A stretch of 64,000 bases of DNA from an uncultured Bacillota bacterium (GTDB lineage Bacteria; Sysuimicrobiota; Sysuimicrobiia; Sysuimicrobiales; Segetimicrobiaceae), in assembly GCA_963804645.1 (NCBI GenBank), contig CAWDRG010000005.1:160001-224000 (forward strand). Reading direction: 5' to 3'. A model generated the notes under the pieces. It worked only from the letters and a program-made list of their open reading frames with translations, did no database searches and was not told where the DNA came from. Positions 10,762-19,760 of this stretch are shown here, piece by piece. Position numbers and translations under genes: made by a program. The stretch's first letter is position 1, and each line of letters begins with the position of its first letter.

Positions 10762-10768
10762 GCTTGAA

Positions 10769-10774
10769 ATTATA
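10769..10774 (-). promoter_or_regulatory. Perfect -10 box (TATAAT), probable leaderless start of lpxB-like operon
   Basis: TATAAT 7 nt upstream of in-frame GTG-ATG; no Shine-Dalgarno. Confidence 0.6.
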
Positions 10775-10919
10775 CGCCACGCGTCGCGGCGCGGGCAAGG
10801 CGACGGCCGCGTCCGCGTGGGGCGCGGCTCGCGATGCGACGACGGGATGCACCCGCACGACGGGCCGCGCCCGATCGGCACGCCAGGAGTTCGCGCGCCC
10901 GGACCGAACTCTTAGGCGC

Positions 10920-11900
10920 GTGATCATTTCCCGCACTCCCTTGCGGATCAGCTTTGCCGGCGGCGGCTCGGATCTTCCCGCGTTCTACCGGCGCGAACCC
11001 GGCGCCGTCGTCGCCACGGCGATCAACAAGTACATCTACATCACCGTCAACAAGAAGTTTGACGACCGCGTCCGCGCGAGCTACTCGATCACCGAGATGG
11101 TCGACCGCGCCGACGACCTGCAGCACGAGCTGATCCGCGAGACGCTGCGCCTGGTCGGGATTAGCGGGGGGATCGAGATCACCTCGATCTCGGACATCCC
11201 CTCGGGCGGGACCGGCCTCGGCTCCAGCAGCGCCTACACGGTCGGGCTGCTGCACGCCCTGCACGCGTACACGGGCCGGCACGTCGGCGCGACGCGGCTG
11301 GCCGAGGAGGCGTGCGAGGTCGAGCTCGTGCGGTGCGCGAAGCCGATCGGCAAGCAGGATCAGTACATCGCGGCATACGGGGGGCTGCAGGACATCCGGT
11401 TCGACCCGGACGGCGTGTCCGTCGAGCCCGTGATCACGAGCCCCGAGTTCCGCACACGCCTGCAGGCGCATCTGCTGCTGCTCTACACGGGCCTCACCCG
11501 CAGCGCCGACGCGATCCTCCGAGCGCAGGGACTCGGCCTGAAAGAAGACACGTCGGTCCGCGCCGATACGGCGAAGATGCGCGATCTCGCCATCGACCTG
11601 CGCGCCGCCCTGCTCGAGCAGCGGCTCGACGCCGTCGGCGAGATCCTGCACGCCGGATGGACGCTGAAGCGCGGCCTCGCCCCCGGGATCACCTCCCCGG
11701 AGATCGACGCGTGGTATACGCGCGCGCGCAACGCCGGCGCGATCGGCGGCAAACTGCTGGGAGCGGGCGGAGGCGGGTTCTTGCTGCTGCTGGCGCCTCC
11801 GGAGCGCCACCCGGCGATCGCGCAGGCCCTGTCCCAGCTCCGGCCGATCTCGTTCCGGTTCGAGCCGCAGGGCAGCCGGATCATCTATGTCGAGGAGTAG
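10920..11900 (+). CDS. hddA: GHMP kinase, D-glycero-alpha-D-manno-heptose-7-phosphate kinase-like
   Basis: IISRTPLRISFAGGGSD, GTGLGSSS, GKQDQY, GKLLGAGGGGF. Confidence 0.85.
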   Translation: MIISRTPLRISFAGGGSDLPAFYRREPGAVVATAINKYIYITVNKKFDDRVRASYSITEMVDRADDLQHELIRETLRLVGISGGIEITSISDIPSGGTGLGSSSAYTVGLLHALHAYTGRHVGATRLAEEACEVELVRCAKPIGKQDQYIAAYGGLQDIRFDPDGVSVEPVITSPEFRTRLQAHLLLLYTGLTRSADAILRAQGLGLKEDTSVRADTAKMRDLAIDLRAALLEQRLDAVGEILHAGWTLKRGLAPGITSPEIDAWYTRARNAGAIGGKLLGAGGGGFLLLLAPPERHPAIAQALSQLRPISFRFEPQGSRIIYVEE

Positions 11901-11937
11901 ACGCATGACCGATATGTCGAGGAATAGACGCATGACC
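11886..11937 (+). repeat. Tandem duplication, two 25-bp copies with 27-bp period, at gene junction
   Basis: TATGTCGAGGAGTAGACGCATGACC (11886-11910) and TATGTCGAGGAATAGACGCATGACC (11913-11937), 1 mismatch. Confidence 0.9.
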
Positions 11938-12567
11938 AAAAGCAGCCCGGCGCGCCGGCGCACGCGCGCGTATCTCGCCCGGTTGCGGGCCTGCCTCGCG
12001 GCGGTCTCCGCCGACGAGATCGCGGCGGTCGCCGAGCGTCTGTGGGAGGTCGCGCGCGGGGGCGGGACGATCTTCGTGGCCGGAAACGGCGGCAGCGCCG
12101 CGACCGCGTCGCACCTGGCGCTGGACGTCGCCAAGAGCACGCTCGGACGCGCGCCGCGCCGCGGCGCACGCCGGATCCGCACCGCGACGCTGTCGGACCC
12201 CGCGACGCTGACCGCGTGGGCCAACGATCACGGGTACGAGGGCGTGTTCGCCGAGCAGATCACGGCGCTGGCCCGGCCCGAGGACGCGGTGCTGCTGCTT
12301 TCCGTCAGCGGCACCTCCCCGAACGTCGTCCGCGCCGCGCGCGCGGCGCGCGCCGCCGGCGCCCTCGTGATCGCGCTGATCGGCCGGCCCGGGCGCACGC
12401 TCCTCGAGCTGGCCGATCTCGCGGTCGTCGTCCCGAGCGACGAGTATGAGATCGTCGAGGACGTGCATCTGACGATCAATCACATCGTGACCGACTGCCT
12501 GCGGGCGGCGCTGCTCGCCGCGCCGGCGCGGCCCCGGGCGCGGCGGCGCAGCGTCCGGCGGGGCTAA
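11905..12567 (+). CDS. gmhA: SIS-domain phosphoheptose isomerase-like protein (alternative start 11932)
   Basis: GNGGSAA.ASH, TAWAND.GY..VF..Q, S.SG.SPNV, ED.H. Confidence 0.8.
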   Translation: MTDMSRNRRMTKSSPARRRTRAYLARLRACLAAVSADEIAAVAERLWEVARGGGTIFVAGNGGSAATASHLALDVAKSTLGRAPRRGARRIRTATLSDPATLTAWANDHGYEGVFAEQITALARPEDAVLLLSVSGTSPNVVRAARAARAAGALVIALIGRPGRTLLELADLAVVVPSDEYEIVEDVHLTINHIVTDCLRAALLAAPARPRARRRSVRRG

Positions 12568-12574
12568 GGCGGGC

Positions 12575-14299
12575 GTGTACATCCTCGGCATCAACGCGCA
12601 CCATGCCGGGGCGTCGGCCTGCCTGATCCGCGACGGCGAGCTGATCGCGGCCGCCGAGGAAGAGCGGTTTCTGCGGATCAAGTACTGGGCCGGATTTCCT
12701 CGGCGGGCCATCGAGTTCTGCCTCGCCGAGGCGGGCATCACCCCGTATGAGCTGGACCACGTCGGGATTTCGCGGAACCCCAACGCGAATCTGTTGAAGA
12801 AGGTCGTCTTCGCGCTGGCCCACCGTCCCAGCGCGTCGATGGTCCGCGCACGCCTCGCGAACGCGATGCAGGTGCGCAATCCCAAAGCGGCGCTGTGCGA
12901 GGCGTTCGAGCTGGATCCGACGCGGGTGCACGCGCGGTTCCACAACATCGAGCACCACCGGGCCCACATGGCCAGCGCGTTCTTCGTCTCCCCGTTCCCC
13001 GAGGCGGCGATCCTATCGGTCGACGGGATGGGCGACTTTGTCAGCACCATGTGGGGCGTCGGCCGCGACACCACGCTCGAGATCAGCGGCGAGATCAACT
13101 TCCCCCACTCCCTCGGGTTCGTCTACACCGCGGCGTCGCAGTGGCTCGGGTTCCCGAAGTACGGGGACGAGGGTAAAGTGATGGGCCTCGCGCCGTACGG
13201 GCGCCCCGAGTACCTCGACGCGTTCCGCAAGATCGTCCGCGTGCGGGCCGACGGCACGTTCGAGCTCGACCTCGACTACTTCGTCCACCACGCCGCGGGG
13301 GCGTCGATGACGTTCGACGAGGGCAGCCCCGAGATCGGCACGATGTACTCGGAGAAGTTCGTCGAGACGTTCGGGGAGGCGCGCGTGCCGGGCGCGCCGC
13401 TGACCGAGCAGCACCAGAACGTCGCCGCCTCGCTTCAGGCGATGCTCGAAGAGGCGGAGTTCGCGCTCGTCCGGCGGCTGCAGCGGGACACCGGGCAGTC
13501 CGCGCTGTGCATGGCGGGCGGCGTCGCGCTCAACAGCGCGTTCAACGGCAAGATCCTCCCGAGCACGCCGTTCACGGACATCTACATCCAGCCGGCCGCC
13601 AACGACGCCGGGACCGCGCTCGGCGTGTGCTACTACATCTACCACCACGTGCTCGGCCGCCCGCGGCGCTACGTGATGACCGCGGCCTACACCGGGCCGC
13701 GGTACCGCACCGACGAGATCGCGCAGGCGCTGGACCGCCGGGGACTCGCGTATCAACGACTCGACGGCGGCGCCCTCGCGCAGCGCGCCGCCCAGATCGT
13801 CGCCGGGGGCGACGTGCTCGGGTGGTTTCAGGGTCGGATGGAGTGGGGCCCCCGCGCGCTCGGGAACCGCAGCATCATCGCGGATCCCCGCCGCGCCGAC
13901 ATGAAAGACATTCTCAACGCGCGCATCAAGCACCGGGAGGCGTTCCGTCCGTTCGCGCCGTCGGTGCTGCTGGAGGCCGTCGGCGACTACTTCGACCAGA
14001 CGTATCCCGATCCGTTCATGGTGAAAGTCTACAACGTGCTCCCGGAGAAGCGCGCCGAGATTCCGGCCGTGACGCACGTCGACGGCACGGGACGGCTCCA
14101 AACCGTCGACCGTGACGCCAACCCCCGCTACTGGGCGCTGATCGCCGCGTTCCGAGACCTCACGGGGGTGCCGGTGGTGCTCAATACGTCGTTCAACGAC
14201 AACGAGCCGATCGTGTGCACGCCCGGCGATGCGATCGAGTGCTTCCTGCGGACGCGGATGGACGCGCTCGCCATCGACGACTTTCTCGTGCAGAAATAA
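12575..14299 (+). CDS. Carbamoyltransferase (NodU/CmcH family)
   Basis: AAEEERF.RIK, HH.AH, DGMG, EGKVMGLAPYG, GGVALN, EWGPRALGNRS, FRPFAP, THVDGTGRLQ, LNTSFN. Confidence 0.95.
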   Translation: MYILGINAHHAGASACLIRDGELIAAAEEERFLRIKYWAGFPRRAIEFCLAEAGITPYELDHVGISRNPNANLLKKVVFALAHRPSASMVRARLANAMQVRNPKAALCEAFELDPTRVHARFHNIEHHRAHMASAFFVSPFPEAAILSVDGMGDFVSTMWGVGRDTTLEISGEINFPHSLGFVYTAASQWLGFPKYGDEGKVMGLAPYGRPEYLDAFRKIVRVRADGTFELDLDYFVHHAAGASMTFDEGSPEIGTMYSEKFVETFGEARVPGAPLTEQHQNVAASLQAMLEEAEFALVRRLQRDTGQSALCMAGGVALNSAFNGKILPSTPFTDIYIQPAANDAGTALGVCYYIYHHVLGRPRRYVMTAAYTGPRYRTDEIAQALDRRGLAYQRLDGGALAQRAAQIVAGGDVLGWFQGRMEWGPRALGNRSIIADPRRADMKDILNARIKHREAFRPFAPSVLLEAVGDYFDQTYPDPFMVKVYNVLPEKRAEIPAVTHVDGTGRLQTVDRDANPRYWALIAAFRDLTGVPVVLNTSFNDNEPIVCTPGDAIECFLRTRMDALAIDDFLVQK

Positions 14300-14310
14300 T
14301 CACCGCCTCG

Positions 14311-15351
14311 GTGCCCGCCCTCCGCCTCGACCCGATCGGCCGATTCCCCGGACTTCGCGTCCTCGCCTGGGACGCCGGGATCCTGTATGCCGCGCGGGGC
14401 TATGCGGTCGTGCGCTGGGACCCGAGCCGCCTGACGTGGGAGCCGGTGGCCGCGTTCGACCCGGGCCTCGCGCGCCGGGCCGCCACCCTATCGCGGGTTG
14501 GGGACCGGCTGCTGCGGGGCGGCTGCCACGCCCTCACGCGCCTCGGCAACGACAGCTTCGCCGCGGTGTTTCCGAAGACGCTCGCGGTGCTGACGCCGCA
14601 GGACCGGCGGTTCCGGGGCACGTTTCGAATCCCGCGGGGCACCCGCCCGCTCGCCCTCGCGGCCGCCCTAGGCGGCTGGGCCTACTTCGGGGAGTATTTC
14701 GACAATCCCGACCGGGCGGCCGTACACGTGTACGGATCGCCCGACGGCGTCTCGTGGCACGTAGTGTACACGTTTCCGGCGGGGGCAGTCCGCCACGTGC
14801 ACAGCGTGACGTACGATCGGTACGCGCGGTGCCTCTGGGTCCTGACCGGCGACGACGGCGCCGAATGCCGCATCCTGCGCGCGAGCCTTGATTGGTCCGC
14901 CGTCGACGCCGTCGTGACCGGTGGGCAGCAGGCGCGCGCCGTCACCATCATCCCCCGCGAGGACGGGCTGTATTTCGCCACCGACACACCATTCGAGCAG
15001 AATTACGTCTACCGGCTGGACCGCGGGGGCCGCGTGACGCGGCTGGCGGCGATCGCCGCCTCGAGCTTCTGGAGCTGTCGGGTCAACCGTGCGCTCTTCG
15101 TGTCGACGGCGGTCGAGCCCAGCACCGTCAATACCGGCCGCGACGCGGTGCTCTACGGCAGTATCGACGGCACGGAATGGACCGCGCTCGTGCGCTGGGC
15201 ACGCGACGCCTGGCCCTCTCGCCTGTTTCAGTATGCGAATATCATCCTGCCCGCGGGCGACAACGACGGCGACGTGCTCGCGGCAAGCGGCCTCGCGGTG
15301 CGCCGCGAGGATCACGTCACGCATCTCTGGCGGGTGCGGACCGACGCGTAA
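14311..15351 (+). CDS. Hypothetical beta-propeller/BNR-like protein
   Basis: YFGEY..N, SPDGVSW, RHVH, S.DG..W repeats; follows carbamoyltransferase; start uncertain. Confidence 0.7.
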   Translation: MPALRLDPIGRFPGLRVLAWDAGILYAARGYAVVRWDPSRLTWEPVAAFDPGLARRAATLSRVGDRLLRGGCHALTRLGNDSFAAVFPKTLAVLTPQDRRFRGTFRIPRGTRPLALAAALGGWAYFGEYFDNPDRAAVHVYGSPDGVSWHVVYTFPAGAVRHVHSVTYDRYARCLWVLTGDDGAECRILRASLDWSAVDAVVTGGQQARAVTIIPREDGLYFATDTPFEQNYVYRLDRGGRVTRLAAIAASSFWSCRVNRALFVSTAVEPSTVNTGRDAVLYGSIDGTEWTALVRWARDAWPSRLFQYANIILPAGDNDGDVLAASGLAVRREDHVTHLWRVRTDA

Positions 15352-15636
15352 CTGTTACGCGTGCACCCAGCGGAGTTGGACGTGATGTGACTGGAAAGGC
15401 CGTCTCTTCCGCAGCACCAAGAAGAGTGGACCACCGCGGCCGGCGTACGCACGACGACTGCTCGCGACGCGTGAGCGGCGATCGCATGGAGCACGCCGTC
15501 CCCGGCACCGCGCTCTGAATCCCGGCCGTTCACCCATCGCGCGGACGCGACTATCTTCGCACCAAGTTCCAGCGCACGCCGCTCTCCGACGCGGACGACC
15601 GAGTACATAAGGACCACGCGCCTAGGCCTCCTGTCC

Positions 15637-15682
15637 GAGGTCCGAAGGTCCACTTGTTGCACACTCCCGTGTTGCGTACGCT
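15637..15682 (+). promoter_or_regulatory. Activator-site plus sigma70-type promoter, copy 1
   Basis: GAGGTCCGAAGGTCCAC, then TTGTTG-17 nt-TACGCT; same layout at 17247. Confidence 0.65.
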
Positions 15683-15846
15683 GTGCTCGTCGATTTGCGC
15701 ACGATGAAAATCGCCGAGGACAGGAGCAGCCAGTGACGACGCAGGCACCGCACGACGAGCAACTCGAAAGTTCGCAGGCAGACGAGAGGACTGGCACCGT
15801 ACACACTGACGCCCGCGGCATGGCTTCGTTCAGGGAGGGGACGCTG

Positions 15847-16023
15847 ATGCGCCGGGCGGGTCTCGCGTCCGTGATGATGATCGCGGTCTTCGCCGTGACG
15901 CTGTTCGGCGATCCCTCGTGGGGCCACCGCGCCGACGCCTTGTACTACGTGCCCGCACCGGGACCGTGTGCGCACGGGTGCGTGGTGCATCGCATCCAGC
16001 GCACGGGATTTGAGATTCCGTGA
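15847..16023 (+). CDS. Small exported/membrane peptide, 58 aa (alternative start 15733)
   Basis: GGGAGGGG RBS; MRRAG plus hydrophobic stretch plus ADA; C-terminal CAHGC. Confidence 0.5.
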   Translation: MRRAGLASVMMIAVFAVTLFGDPSWGHRADALYYVPAPGPCAHGCVVHRIQRTGFEIP

Positions 16024-16087
16024 CGCCCGAGCTCGGGCGATCATCGGGCATTCATCATAAACGTGATAGACGGCGGGCGGGCCCCCG

Positions 16088-16978
16088 CTACCCGACGGGT
16101 ATCGGAACCAGCCAGAACGGCTGTGACCACGCCGCGGCCTGCGACGCGCCAGTACACTCAACCCGGACAAACCCCTCGTCCCCGGCCGGCGCGTACGCCG
16201 CGTCCGGGCCCGCCGCCTCGTAGCGCGTGACGTCCGCGGCGTCGAGGAAGCGGATCCGCCGCGCGTCGGTGGCACACGTCACGGCGCCGTCCCGCACCGC
16301 GAACTCCGCCACCGGCCCCGTCGACGCGTACAGCGCGAGGCCGCGGAGCGCACCGAGGAACGCGTCCGGCTCGAGCGACGCGGACTTGACCATCACCCAG
16401 CCCGTATCGAAATCCGCTGCTCGGTGCAGGTCGTCCGCGGCTGCGGCGCCCACCGGTGCTGCGGGGCCGCGGTGCCGCAGCACGGCCGTCCACCGCCGCA
16501 CGTCCTCGACGGTGCGGCTGTGGTGGTTGCTGATCTCGATGAGGTGGTACCCGCGCAGCCGCATCATCTCGGCGGCCGACCACCCCCCCGTCCACAGGTT
16601 GCCGGTCCACGACGGGTGGTGCAGCGACACGACGCCGCCGGCCCGGACCGTCGCGTCGATGCACGCTTGGGCCCCTCGCGCCCCGAGCGCGCCGGGGGCC
16701 CCGAGGCGCCCCATGTGCGGGCCGAGCGGTCTGAACGGGCGGGGAATCGTCGTCTCGACGCCGGGCAGCGCGAGAAACGTCCCGTCGTTGAGGTCGGCAC
16801 ATTCGGTCACGCGGTTGTGATCCGTGAAGACGACGACCGCGTACCCCTTGGCGCGGTAGCGCTCGAGAAGCGCCCGGGGCGCCCACTGCCCGTCGGACCG
16901 CGTCGTGTGACAGTGCAGTTGGGCCTTGCGATGGCTGCCGGCGACCGCGTACGGGTCGGTGATCCGAAACGGCGTCAC
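16088..16978 (-). CDS. PHP-domain metallohydrolase (CehA/McbA-like)
   Basis: LHCHTTRSDG, FTDHN, GVE, HP.W, DDLH. Confidence 0.85.
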   Translation of the reverse strand: MTPFRITDPYAVAGSHRKAQLHCHTTRSDGQWAPRALLERYRAKGYAVVVFTDHNRVTECADLNDGTFLALPGVETTIPRPFRPLGPHMGRLGAPGALGARGAQACIDATVRAGGVVSLHHPSWTGNLWTGGWSAAEMMRLRGYHLIEISNHHSRTVEDVRRWTAVLRHRGPAAPVGAAAADDLHRAADFDTGWVMVKSASLEPDAFLGALRGLALYASTGPVAEFAVRDGAVTCATDARRIRFLDAADVTRYEAAGPDAAYAPAGDEGFVRVECTGASQAAAWSQPFWLVPIPVG

Positions 16979-17246
16979 CCGAGAAGGATTCGGGGGGCAC
17001 CCGCACCTCCCTGTCCGGGAACGCCGCCTCCGGCCACATTCGAGCCCGGGAGACCGAGCCGCCGGCATCGCCCGCCGACGCCCCCCTCCGCCGCCCGGTG
17101 CCAGCGCGCCAGCGCCCACGCACGGAGGGCCGCGGACGCGTCCGAACGCCCCGCTCCGGCCCGGTCGGGGCTGCTCCCGGCTCCCGACCCCAGACCCTCT
17201 CGAACGGTCTAGGCCTAATGGACGGTGGGCATGAGCAGAGTAGGGT

Positions 17247-17292
17247 GAGGTCCGAAGGTCCACTTGTCGCGGACCCACAGGTTGCGTACGCT
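17247..17292 (+). promoter_or_regulatory. Activator-site plus sigma70-type promoter, copy 2
   Basis: GAGGTCCGAAGGTCCAC, then TTGTCG-17 nt-TACGCT; upstream of pilin gene. Confidence 0.65.
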
Positions 17293-17337
17293 CGATCCAG
17301 AGACCGACATACACTGCCGCCGCGGGGGAGACGCGCC

Positions 17338-17898
17338 GTGCTGACGCAGACACGACACACCGTACATCCCAGAACATCGGAGACCGGCCACGTGTTGCTG
17401 GAGGTCGTTGTCGCGATCCTCATCATGGGGATCATGGCGACCACGATGATGCCGGCGCTGGCGGGCTATGAGTCGAACAGCGTCCTGCGTACGTCGGCCG
17501 CGGACGCGATCTACCAGTTTCGTCGGGCCGAGATGATGGCGCTGACCGAAGGGCAGACGATCCAGGTGCTCTTTGAGCCGACCGACGCGTATCAGGGCGC
17601 CGGGTGGACGGGGCCGGGGTGGGAGATCTGCCCGGGCATCTGCGGCAATGCGGGCGTCCCGGTGCTGATAAAGACGGTGCTGCCGCCGTCCATCAACGTG
17701 ACCGCCGCATGCTATCGCCAGCGCTTCTATGCGGCGGGCTACGTGAACTGGTGCGGCTCGGAACCCGCGGTCATCAACATCGTGTGCATGGATAACCAAG
17801 CGACGCCGACGCCGACCGCGATCGAGATCAGACTGACGCTGGCGACCGGCGAGATGCAGGTCCGTCCGATGAAGGGGAGCTGTAACGGCCTCTCGTAA
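17338..17898 (+). CDS. Type IV pilin/pseudopilin-like protein (FimT/GspH-like)
   Basis: GGGGAG RBS; class III leader SETG|HVLLEVVVAILIMGIMA with Glu5; R..A...G...V.F helix-strand; 6 Cys. Confidence 0.8.
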   Translation: MLTQTRHTVHPRTSETGHVLLEVVVAILIMGIMATTMMPALAGYESNSVLRTSAADAIYQFRRAEMMALTEGQTIQVLFEPTDAYQGAGWTGPGWEICPGICGNAGVPVLIKTVLPPSINVTAACYRQRFYAAGYVNWCGSEPAVINIVCMDNQATPTPTAIEIRLTLATGEMQVRPMKGSCNGLS

Positions 17899-18018
17899 CC
17901 AGGACGGCCCCGGCCGGTTCGCGGTCGTCCGTCACCGTCTGAACGGGTACGCTCGCATCTCACCGCGGCATCGTCCCCCCTGGGGGCGATGTCGCGTCGT
18001 TTGCCGCAGCCGGCGCCG

Positions 18019-19746
18019 TCACCCCGGATTGCGCACGATCAGCACCGGCGGATCAACCAGATCGAACGTGTCCGGGGGCCAGGTGGCGACGTCGTCGTAG
18101 CTCGGCAGGTAGGACGGCGACGGCGCCCGGAACACGACGTCCTGCGTGCGCAGCACGCTCCGCGCGTCGACGACGGCGAACGTGACGTGCCGCGCGCGAT
18201 ACCACGCCCCATCGTCGCCGCGCGCCGCGTAGACCACCGTGACCGGCAGTCGGTTGAGATCGGGGACAAACCAGCGGAGCTCCGCCTCGAACGCGACGGT
18301 GGACCCCGGCGGCGCGTGCTCCCGCAGCCAATCCACCGCGAGCGAGCGGGTGTCCCGGTCGCCCGCGAGCGCCCGCGCGAGCCCGATCGAATCCCGCATC
18401 GGCCCAACCAGGAGCAGCAGCACCCCGGCCGCGGCGAGCGCCCACATCGCGATCGCGGGGATCGCGGGCCGCACCATCCCGAGACGCCGCCAGAGCCACA
18501 CGGCGCCGACCGCCGCCGACAGCGCCATGAACGGAAGCACGGGCATGATGTAGCGCAGCGGCAGGAAGCGCTGACCGGTCGTGTACACAAAGTACACCAG
18601 GGGAAAGCTCAGGAGATAGCACTGCTCCTTCGGCTTCCAGAGCAGTCCCACGACCGCCCCGAAGACCGCCGCGATGGTCGGGGCCAGCCCGATCGCCACG
18701 TGCGGGATCACGTACCACTCCTGACCCTGAGCGGGGTGGACGAGATAGCCGAGGTACAGAGGCAGGCCGACGCGCCACATCGCGAGCGTGGGAAACCCGC
18801 CGTACACCGCGGCGTTCTGGCCCATCCGCTGGAGAAAGTAGCCCACCTGCGCGAGCGCGTACGGAGTGCCGATCGCGAAGCCCAGGAGCGTGAACAGCAG
18901 CAGCCGCACCGCGCGGCGGTCGATCACCCCGTCGCGGTCAGGATTGTACAGGTGCGCCAGGAACAGCGGCACCGCGAGCCAGAACGCGTTGGGCTTCGTC
19001 GAGATGGCCAGCCCGGCCAGCAGGCCGGCCCGCGAATAGGCTCGGCGGTCACCGCGCCGCCAGATGTTGACGCCGGCGAGGATCGCGAGCATCACAAAGA
19101 ACAGCATCGGCACGTCCACGCGCACGGTATCGGCATAGTAGATCGTCCCCGGCGTCACCGCCAACATCGCCGCCGCGAGCAGCCCCACCGCGGGCTCAAA
19201 CAGGACGGTCCCGATGCGGTACACGACAAACAGGGTGGCGGCCCCAAAGCACGCCGTGAGCACGCGCCCCCAGAGATAGAACGACGGCGCGCTGATGTAC
19301 CACCAGTAGCGGGCGTAGGCGGCGTGCGGGTGAAACAACTGCAGCGCCCACGGCGACGGGAGCGTGCCGCGAAGATGGAGATACCAGTACCGAGCATAGA
19401 CCACCGGGAGCAACGCGTAGTAGTAGACGCTCGGATAGGCGAACGTGGACGGATTGATGTCGCCGCGCTGGAGCATGCCGATCACCCACGTCAGCACCAG
19501 CGGCTCGTCCCACTCGTGGATATAGGGGAGCCCCCGCCCCACTCCCCACAGGCGGATCGCCAGCCCGCCGGCGAGGATGAGGCCGAGGACGGCGGCGGCC
19601 GCGAGCGACCAGCCCCGCGCGCCGCGCGTCGCCTCGGTGTGACCTCCTGCGTCCTGTCTCAACCGCACCGTGTCCGTCGTCGTGATGGTGGTGTGCAGGG
19701 ATTCGAGCCCGTCGGGCGGGCGCCCTGGGACGTCGGGGAGCCGCAT
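18019..19746 (-). CDS. Phospholipid-carrier-dependent glycosyltransferase (GT39/ArnT-like)
   Basis: Multi-TM; R.WG...GLPY.H.WDE, NP..F.YP, GLA.STK; true start may be near 19668. Confidence 0.85.
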   Translation of the reverse strand: MRLPDVPGRPPDGLESLHTTITTTDTVRLRQDAGGHTEATRGARGWSLAAAAVLGLILAGGLAIRLWGVGRGLPYIHEWDEPLVLTWVIGMLQRGDINPSTFAYPSVYYYALLPVVYARYWYLHLRGTLPSPWALQLFHPHAAYARYWWYISAPSFYLWGRVLTACFGAATLFVVYRIGTVLFEPAVGLLAAAMLAVTPGTIYYADTVRVDVPMLFFVMLAILAGVNIWRRGDRRAYSRAGLLAGLAISTKPNAFWLAVPLFLAHLYNPDRDGVIDRRAVRLLLFTLLGFAIGTPYALAQVGYFLQRMGQNAAVYGGFPTLAMWRVGLPLYLGYLVHPAQGQEWYVIPHVAIGLAPTIAAVFGAVVGLLWKPKEQCYLLSFPLVYFVYTTGQRFLPLRYIMPVLPFMALSAAVGAVWLWRRLGMVRPAIPAIAMWALAAAGVLLLLVGPMRDSIGLARALAGDRDTRSLAVDWLREHAPPGSTVAFEAELRWFVPDLNRLPVTVVYAARGDDGAWYRARHVTFAVVDARSVLRTQDVVFRAPSPSYLPSYDDVATWPPDTFDLVDPPVLIVRNPG

Positions 19747-19754
19747 GGTACAAT
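19746..19754 (+). promoter_or_regulatory. Extended -10 promoter (TG-G-TACAAT), leaderless moaD-moaE
   Basis: 6 nt between TACAAT and GTG start; no RBS. Confidence 0.55.
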
Positions 19755-19760
19755 CGCCTG

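Noticed and set aside
15637..17292. CRISPR repeats
   Set aside because: Only two copies 1.6 kb apart with promoter geometry; no array seen in the window
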